A stretch of DNA of 64,000 bases from Podarcis melisellensis (lineage: Eukaryota). The notes beneath the pieces were generated by a model. It did no database searches. It was not told the DNA's origin and saw nothing but the letters and a program-made list of their open reading frames with translations. The number at the start of each line of letters is the position of its first letter. Positions within the stretch are counted from its first letter, which is position 1. Position numbers and translations under genes: made by a program. The stretch is from assembly GCA_964234715.1 (NCBI GenBank), contig OZ174276.1; one strand, 5' to 3'. Shown one piece after another: positions 62,901-64,000 of this stretch.

Positions 62901-63823
62901 TGGCTGCACTTAGGACTCAGCTATACAGCTGCAAATAAAACATTGTACAATGTGACACTAGATGGCAATGGTGAGCCTTATGGAAAATTCAATGTCTTTT
63001 TAAAAACGCTTTAAAGGAAAGCCTTTTCAGAACGTTTTATATGTGCGTAGATTCCACCTTAGAAGAAGCATTCATCAATCGTTCTAGGTTTTGTTTTGCT
63101 TTTTGCTTGTCTTCACACACTTGCCCAGACGTCCCCAACCTTTGGCCCTCCAGATGTTTTGGACTACAGTTCCCATCATCCCTGACCACTGGTCCTGTTA
63201 GCTAGGGATCATGGGAGTTGTAGGCCAAAACATCTGGAGGGCCGCAGGTTGGGGGTACCTGCACTTGCCTGTGCAGTAGCAGCATGGGAAAGTGTGAAAT
63301 TTGTGATCGCAAGCCATCAAAGAAAGGTCTGCTTTTATTAGAAGGTGGGACAAGTTTTTTCTAAATCTTTTGGAGTATTTGCTTTTTTGATGGATTAGTG
63401 GACGTGACTCACTTTGGGTATTTCTTGAGAAAGTGACCTGGGTTTTTTTATTTAAAAAATTAGAATTTGCAATGGCAGATTGTGGCGGGGTGGGAGGATG
63501 TATCCATGACATATACTCGGCAAACAAGATTGCTGCATGAAAGTGTGACGTGACAAATGGTTAGTCTTGGAACCCATGCTTCCTGTTTCTCCTTTGCTTT
63601 CCAGGGTTACAATCGGCATTTACTATAGACACCACCAAAGCAGGCCCTGGAACCCTTGCTGTTACAATTGAGGGGCCGTCAAAGGTGAAAATGGATTGTC
63701 AAGAAGCTCTGGAAGGCTACCATGTAATGTACACACCTATGGCCCCAGGGAACTACTTAATTGGAATTAAATATGGAGGGCCCAATCACATAGCGGGCAG
63801 CCCTTTCAAAGCAAAAGTGACAG
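8803..63823 (+). CDS. FLNB: Filamin B, partial multi-exon CDS (exons 2-44; exon 1 and last two exons outside the window)
   Basis: 43 exons with AG/GT boundaries (one GC donor) and compatible phases form a continuous ORF. FLNB-type peptides include [66 protein letters not shown] and the hinge motif CPPGF.PW. Confidence 0.97.
10195..10292 (+). CDS. FLNB: FLNB exon 3
   Basis: ctag| ... CAG|gtatgg; [12 protein letters not shown]...LGVPQ; 98 nt. Confidence 0.96.
11366..11513 (+). CDS. FLNB: FLNB exon 4
   Basis: ccag| ... GAG|gtgagg; [24 protein letters not shown]...ARAYGR; 148 nt. Confidence 0.96.
13060..13178 (+). CDS. FLNB: FLNB exon 5
   Basis: gcag| ... GAG|gtatgc; [12 protein letters not shown]...GNREE; 119 nt. 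Confidence 0.95.
13561..13638 (+). CDS. FLNB: FLNB exon 6
   Basis: ttag| ... AAG|gtaaga; [26 protein letters not shown]; 78 nt. Confidence 0.95.
14196..14358 (+). CDS. FLNB: FLNB exon 7
   Basis: ctag| ... CAG|gtaaga; [15 protein letters not shown]...FEIYTA; 163 nt. Confidence 0.95.
15806..16003 (+). CDS. FLNB: FLNB exon 8
   Basis: gtag| ... AAG|gtatgt; [16 protein letters not shown]...IHVGE; 198 nt. Confidence 0.95.
16387..16474 (+). other. FLNB: Candidate poison (NMD-triggering) cassette exon in FLNB intron 8
   Basis: About 120 nt of AG-free, CU-rich tract ending tttcag|; donor TCG|gtaaga; 88 nt; in-frame TAG at 16455-16457; six TGCATG motifs downstream. Confidence 0.7.
17777..17914 (+). 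CDS. FLNB: FLNB exon 9
   Basis: gcag| ... CAA|gtaagt; [18 protein letters not shown]...IKGP; 138 nt. Confidence 0.95.
19482..19608 (+). CDS. FLNB: FLNB exon 10
   Basis: gcag| ... AAG|gtgagt; [10 protein letters not shown]...GGHNIPKS; 127 nt. Confidence 0.94.
19731..19963 (+). mobile_element. Sauria SINE (Squam1/POM-like), 5'-truncated
   Basis: Matches the 3' part of the copy at 52811 (AAGTGCAAGTAGATAAATAGGTACC ... GGTCAGGGG and an (ACCTTT)n tail). Confidence 0.85.
20668..20804 (+). CDS. FLNB: FLNB exon 11
   Basis: atag| ... TAG|gtaaga; [22 protein letters not shown]...EVGSL; 137 nt. Confidence 0.95.
21571..21764 (+). CDS. FLNB: FLNB exon 12 (followed by a GC donor)
   Basis: ttag| ... AAG|gcaagt; [14 protein letters not shown]...FNSDK; 194 nt; joins exon 13 in phase 0. 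Confidence 0.92.
22165..22278 (+). CDS. FLNB: FLNB exon 13
   Basis: ttag| ... CAG|gtaagg; [12 protein letters not shown]...LRIYAQ; 114 nt. Confidence 0.95.
23078..23221 (+). CDS. FLNB: FLNB exon 14
   Basis: acag| ... AGG|gtaagt; [12 protein letters not shown]...PNSPYR; 144 nt. Confidence 0.95.
24257..24380 (+). CDS. FLNB: FLNB exon 15
   Basis: ctag| ... AAG|gtaaaa; [14 protein letters not shown]...TEAGE; 124 nt. Confidence 0.95.
24732..24892 (+). CDS. FLNB: FLNB exon 16
   Basis: ctag| ... GAG|gtatgt; [11 protein letters not shown]...VLFAGE; 161 nt. Confidence 0.95.
25607..25804. mobile_element. Tigger-like MITE, opposite orientation to the 5335 copy
   Basis: Reverse complement of the 5335-5544 body (CCACTTTAGCTAATGGG, TTCTGTTCTTATCCTGAAGCAAAGTTCTTAACCTGAGGTAC). 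Confidence 0.8.
26012..26102 (+). CDS. FLNB: FLNB exon 17
   Basis: gaag| ... CAG|gtgagg; [30 protein letters not shown]; 91 nt. Confidence 0.94.
26555..26724 (+). CDS. FLNB: FLNB exon 18
   Basis: ttag| ... CAG|gtagga; [12 protein letters not shown]...YTPVQQ; 170 nt. Confidence 0.95.
27545..27760 (-). mobile_element. Degenerate CR1-type LINE 3' end
   Basis: CCCTGCTGGTTCAGGCCAAAGGCCC...GTCCAACATCCTGTTCTCACAGTGGC motif; a related opposite-strand stretch lies near 50600-50710. Confidence 0.5.
28955..29244 (+). mobile_element. L2-type LINE 3' fragment
   Basis: Translates as the L2 ORF2 C-terminus [37 protein letters not shown], followed by the 3' UTR motif TGTGAACCGCCCTGAG...GGGCAGTATA. Confidence 0.75.
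29245..29597 (-). mobile_element. Sauria SINE, full length, inserted into the L2 tail
   Basis: Reverse complement of the 52811 copy; flanked by the duplicated sequence TAGGGCAGTATA / TAGGGCGGTATA. Confidence 0.9.
30253..30370 (+). CDS. FLNB: FLNB exon 19
   Basis: ctag| ... ACA|gtaagt; [19 protein letters not shown]...VNGLEN; 118 nt. Confidence 0.95.
31193..31328. mobile_element. Palindromic hAT-type MITE
   Basis: Long inverted arms CAGGCATAGGCAAACT...AGTTTGCCTATGCCT; 8-bp TSD CTCTACTA / CTCTACCA. Confidence 0.85.
31695..31839. repeat. Direct tandem duplication, 2 x 72 bp
   Basis: ATGGCAATATTAGCACAGAGC...GAGCTGCAGGGCA at 31695-31766 and 31767-31839; the second copy has one extra G. Confidence 0.95.
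32030..32292 (+). CDS. FLNB: FLNB exon 20
   Basis: gaag| ... AAG|gtaagc; [10 protein letters not shown]...PPDPSK; 263 nt. Confidence 0.94.
33364..33589. mobile_element. Tigger-like MITE just upstream of the exon 21 acceptor
   Basis: TA|CAGTGGTACCTTGGG ... CTGAGGTACTAC; same body as the 5335 copy. Confidence 0.85.
33622..34219 (+). CDS. FLNB: FLNB exon 21
   Basis: ccag| ... AAG|gtatgc; [16 protein letters not shown]...GPGIEGK; 598 nt. Confidence 0.96.
34261..34802 (-). mobile_element. CR1 LINE 3' fragment
   Basis: Minus-strand [33 protein letters not shown]...YEERLKEL is typical of the CR1 ORF2 C-terminus; the CR1 3' UTR motif (CCTTCCAAC) is at the left end. Confidence 0.9.
34822..34890. 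mobile_element. Penelope-like element terminal fragment
   Basis: GTCCAGTAGCACCTTAGAGACCAAC...ATAAGCTTT motif; similar fragment near 20050-20100. Confidence 0.55.
34894..35102. mobile_element. Tigger-like MITE
   Basis: TA|CAGTGGTACCTT ... GAGGTACCACTG|TA. Confidence 0.85.
35463..35636 (+). CDS. FLNB: FLNB exon 22
   Basis: atag| ... GAG|gtaaag; [13 protein letters not shown]...TPYER; 174 nt. Confidence 0.95.
35830..36084. mobile_element. hAT-like non-autonomous element nested in an older palindromic MITE (about 35749-36138)
   Basis: TIRs CAGAGCCATAGCTA / TAGCTACGGTCCTG (11/14 match); perfect 8-bp TSD CTGGCTGG. Confidence 0.75.
36147..36875. mobile_element. Palindromic hAT MITE interrupted by a Tc1/mariner element
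   Basis: CAGGCACCCCCAAACTCGG ... CCGAGTTTGGGGATGCTTG with perfect 8-bp TSD TTCTAGAG. Confidence 0.85.
36188..36780. mobile_element. GC- and CpG-rich non-autonomous Tc1/mariner (Tigger-like) element
   Basis: TA|CAGTGGTGCCTCGCAAGACGAA ... TTCGTCTTGCGGGGCACCACTG|TA; splits the host MITE motif GGGACTA/CAACTCCC. Confidence 0.9.
36993..37155 (+). CDS. FLNB: FLNB exon 23
   Basis: gcag| ... TCG|gtaagt; [14 protein letters not shown]...FTVVTR; 163 nt. Confidence 0.95.
37741..37901 (+). CDS. FLNB: FLNB exon 24
   Basis: gcag| ... CTG|gtaaga; [18 protein letters not shown]...GGEHIP; 161 nt. Confidence 0.95.
38190..38350 (-). mobile_element. tRNA-derived SINE (Squam3-like), degenerate
   Basis: CCCAGCCCTACCTGG...GATTGA...TGCTCTGCCACTGAGC; similar to the 44560 copy. 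Confidence 0.7.
38670..38837 (+). CDS. FLNB: FLNB exon 25
   Basis: gcag| ... GAG|gtaatg; [14 protein letters not shown]...VTAPR; 168 nt. Confidence 0.95.
39143..39357. mobile_element. Tigger-like MITE of a second family
   Basis: TA|CAGTTGTACCTTGGAAG terminus, internal semi-palindromic CpG-rich body, degenerate right TIR (GTTCCAGGG). Confidence 0.6.
40251..40343 (+). CDS. FLNB: FLNB alternative 93-nt cassette exon (31-aa insert) between exons 25 and 26
   Basis: ttctag| ... CAG|gtttga; phase 1-1; [31 protein letters not shown], close to the recalled insert of the longest human FLNB isoform ([26 protein letters not shown]...). Confidence 0.88.
41574..41697 (+). CDS. FLNB: FLNB exon 26
   Basis: ttag| ... 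CAG|gtaaga; [14 protein letters not shown]...EEIPRS; 124 nt. Confidence 0.95.
42376..42532 (+). CDS. FLNB: FLNB exon 27
   Basis: acag| ... ACC|gtaaga; [15 protein letters not shown]...SVHVT; 157 nt. Confidence 0.95.
43327..43689 (-). mobile_element. Sauria SINE, full length, CpG-rich (young)
   Basis: (AAAGGT)n tail on the left and head GCGCCACCCGCGTCCC on the right; TSD AGTATAAACCTA at 43315-43326 and 43692-43703. Confidence 0.92.
44134..44323 (+). CDS. FLNB: FLNB exon 28
   Basis: tcag| ... CAG|gtaaat; [14 protein letters not shown]...KCQAT; 190 nt. Confidence 0.95.
44560..44711 (-). mobile_element. tRNA-derived SINE (Squam3-like)
   Basis: Minus strand reads AGCTCAGTGGTAGAGCATCTGCTTTGCATGCAGAAGGGCTCAGGTTCAATCCCTGGCATCTCCAGGTAGGGCTG (A and B boxes). 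Confidence 0.8.
45664..45911 (+). CDS. FLNB: FLNB exon 29
   Basis: ctag| ... ATG|gtaaga; [15 protein letters not shown]...SPFTVM; 248 nt. Confidence 0.95.
46591..46668 (+). CDS. FLNB: FLNB exon 30, hinge 1 (H1), alternatively spliced
   Basis: cactaactag| ... TGG|gtacct; phase 0-0; 78 nt; [26 protein letters not shown], similar to recalled human H1 ATDGEVTAVEEAPVNACPPGFRPW. Confidence 0.9.
47299..47401 (+). CDS. FLNB: FLNB exon 31
   Basis: atag| ... CTG|gtaaac; [21 protein letters not shown]...KGEIT; 103 nt. Confidence 0.95.
47865..48375 (-). mobile_element. L2-type LINE 3' fragment with a duplicated tail
   Basis: Reverse complement of the 28955 element (GGGGAGAGCATTCCACA, GAAGGTGCCAGGCGAACCTCC); tail motif present twice. 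Confidence 0.7.
48769..48909 (+). CDS. FLNB: FLNB exon 32
   Basis: tcag| ... CAG|gtgagt; [11 protein letters not shown]...GSHIP; 141 nt. Confidence 0.95.
50915..51043 (+). CDS. FLNB: FLNB exon 33
   Basis: gcag| ... AGG|gtaagt; [14 protein letters not shown]...EDAGE; 129 nt. Confidence 0.95.
51832..52005 (+). CDS. FLNB: FLNB exon 34
   Basis: acag| ... CAG|gtacga; [15 protein letters not shown]...TAKIT; 174 nt. Confidence 0.95.
52478..52636 (+). CDS. FLNB: FLNB exon 35
   Basis: aaag| ... TTG|gtaagt; [17 protein letters not shown]...PNNHI; 159 nt. Confidence 0.95.
52811..53159 (+). mobile_element. Sauria SINE, full length
   Basis: GGGACGCGGGTGGCACTGTGGGTTAAACC head, B box GGTTCGAATCC, (ACCTTT)n tail; TSD CTATCTTCCA at 52801-52810 and 53160-53169. 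Confidence 0.92.
53269..53472 (+). CDS. FLNB: FLNB exon 36
   Basis: gcag| ... CAG|gtcagt; [14 protein letters not shown]...DTRDA; 204 nt. Confidence 0.95.
53881..54033 (+). CDS. FLNB: FLNB exon 37
   Basis: ctag| ... CAG|gtaaga; [14 protein letters not shown]...DEHIP; 153 nt. Confidence 0.95.
54741..54863 (+). CDS. FLNB: FLNB exon 38 (41-aa segment at the Ig19/Ig20 junction, skipped in the var-1 isoform)
   Basis: tactaactacag| ... CAG|gtaagt; [41 protein letters not shown]; 123 nt; phase 1-1. Confidence 0.95.
55814..56044 (+). other. FLNB: Candidate cryptic or alternative exon resembling the filamin C Ig20 insertion (cassette to 56044, or terminal exon with stop at 56053-56055)
   Basis: About 105 nt of AG-free pyrimidine tract ending catag|; phase-1 in-frame translation [24 protein letters not shown]...; frame-preserving donor TGG|gtacgt at 56044/56045; AATAAA at 56091-56096. 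Confidence 0.6.
56291..56323. repeat. (CTTTC)n microsatellite
   Basis: Six or more tandem CTTTC units. Confidence 0.9.
57424..57690 (+). CDS. FLNB: FLNB exon 39
   Basis: ttag| ... CAG|gtaaga; [16 protein letters not shown]...EAGIP; 267 nt. Confidence 0.95.
57924..58061 (+). CDS. FLNB: FLNB exon 40
   Basis: acag| ... CTG|gtatgg; [16 protein letters not shown]...AQEP; 138 nt. Confidence 0.95.
58154..58269 (+). CDS. FLNB: FLNB exon 41 (ends in the conserved Q/R editing codon)
   Basis: ccag| ... CAG|gtgaga; [15 protein letters not shown]...RLTVMSLQ; 116 nt. Confidence 0.95.
59914..60000. repeat. (AAT)n/(GAT)n microsatellite at an L2 tail
   Basis: Long AAT run preceded by GAT units. Confidence 0.9.
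60001..60420 (-). mobile_element. L2-type LINE 3' fragment
   Basis: TATACCCTGCCCT...AGGGCGGCTAAC tail motif; minus strand encodes [14 protein letters not shown]...[14 protein letters not shown]. Confidence 0.75.
60811..60943 (+). CDS. FLNB: FLNB exon 42
   Basis: ttag| ... AAG|gtaagg; [18 protein letters not shown]...SELEQ; 133 nt. Confidence 0.95.
61383..61521. mobile_element. Palindromic hAT-type MITE
   Basis: Inverted arms CTTCCTCAACCTC...CCCTCCAGATGTTTT / AAAACATCTGGAGGG...GAGGTTGAGGAAG; same family as 31193. Confidence 0.85.
62139..62315 (+). CDS. FLNB: FLNB exon 43
   Basis: gcag| ... CAG|gtgagt; [13 protein letters not shown]...LESGVT; 177 nt. Confidence 0.95.
63126..63261. mobile_element. 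Palindromic hAT-type MITE
   Basis: Same family as 31193 and 61383; perfect 8-bp TSD CACTTGCC. Confidence 0.88.
63605..63823 (+). CDS. FLNB: FLNB exon 44
   Basis: ccag| ... CAG|gtaaga; [16 protein letters not shown]...FKAKVT; 219 nt. Confidence 0.95.
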
Positions 63824-64000
63824 GTAAGACTCTGAGCCAGTATTACCTACCTGGTTGTGTTCTCAGTGGGAGGGTGGGTGCAGAGAGATGGACTTTCCCA
63901 AGGTGGCGCAGTGTCTGACTTGACTGGCATCTAGTTGACGGTAGCTATTGAGCTCTTGAACTTAGCAGCAGGGGTACTGCCACACTGTTTAAACTGTGCT

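Noticed and set aside
8803-63823. Assignment to FLNA or FLNC
   Set aside because: Diagnostic peptides, the hinge-1 sequence and the 31-aa alternative exon match FLNB. The constitutive path goes from NLKIP directly to EIDIGD without the FLNC insertion.
1-64000. CRISPR arrays, operons or prokaryotic defence systems
   Set aside because: The sequence is a spliced vertebrate gene, and no regularly spaced repeat-spacer array is present.

Overview
This is eukaryotic (vertebrate) genomic DNA. The whole window lies inside one + strand gene, filamin B (FLNB). It runs from the distal part of intron 1 through coding exons 2-44 (numbering follows the common 46-exon human model); exon 1 and the last two exons are outside the window. 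All exons were placed by hand from splice signals and phase continuity, and they join into an uninterrupted reading frame (CH1 end and CH2 of the actin-binding domain, Ig-like repeats 1-23, hinge 1). The intronic repeats (Sauria/Squam SINEs, L2, CR1, Penelope, hAT and Tc1/mariner MITEs) indicate a squamate, probably a lacertid lizard. Main observations: (1) a hidden exon in intron 38 whose in-frame translation ([15 protein letters not shown]...) resembles the filamin C-specific Ig20 insertion at the same position, usable either as an in-frame cassette or as a terminal exon with AATAAA; (2) a candidate PTBP/RBFOX-controlled poison exon in intron 8; (3) the 93-nt alternative exon between exons 25 and 26 with QKI and RBFOX motifs; (4) ACTAAC motifs directly against the acceptors of the two known skippable exons; (5) the conserved Q/R A-to-I recoding codon with a candidate editing-complementary sequence; (6) a GC-AG intron; (7) a four-element transposon cluster. 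Comparisons with human FLNA/FLNB/FLNC and repeat family names come from memory, not from database searches.
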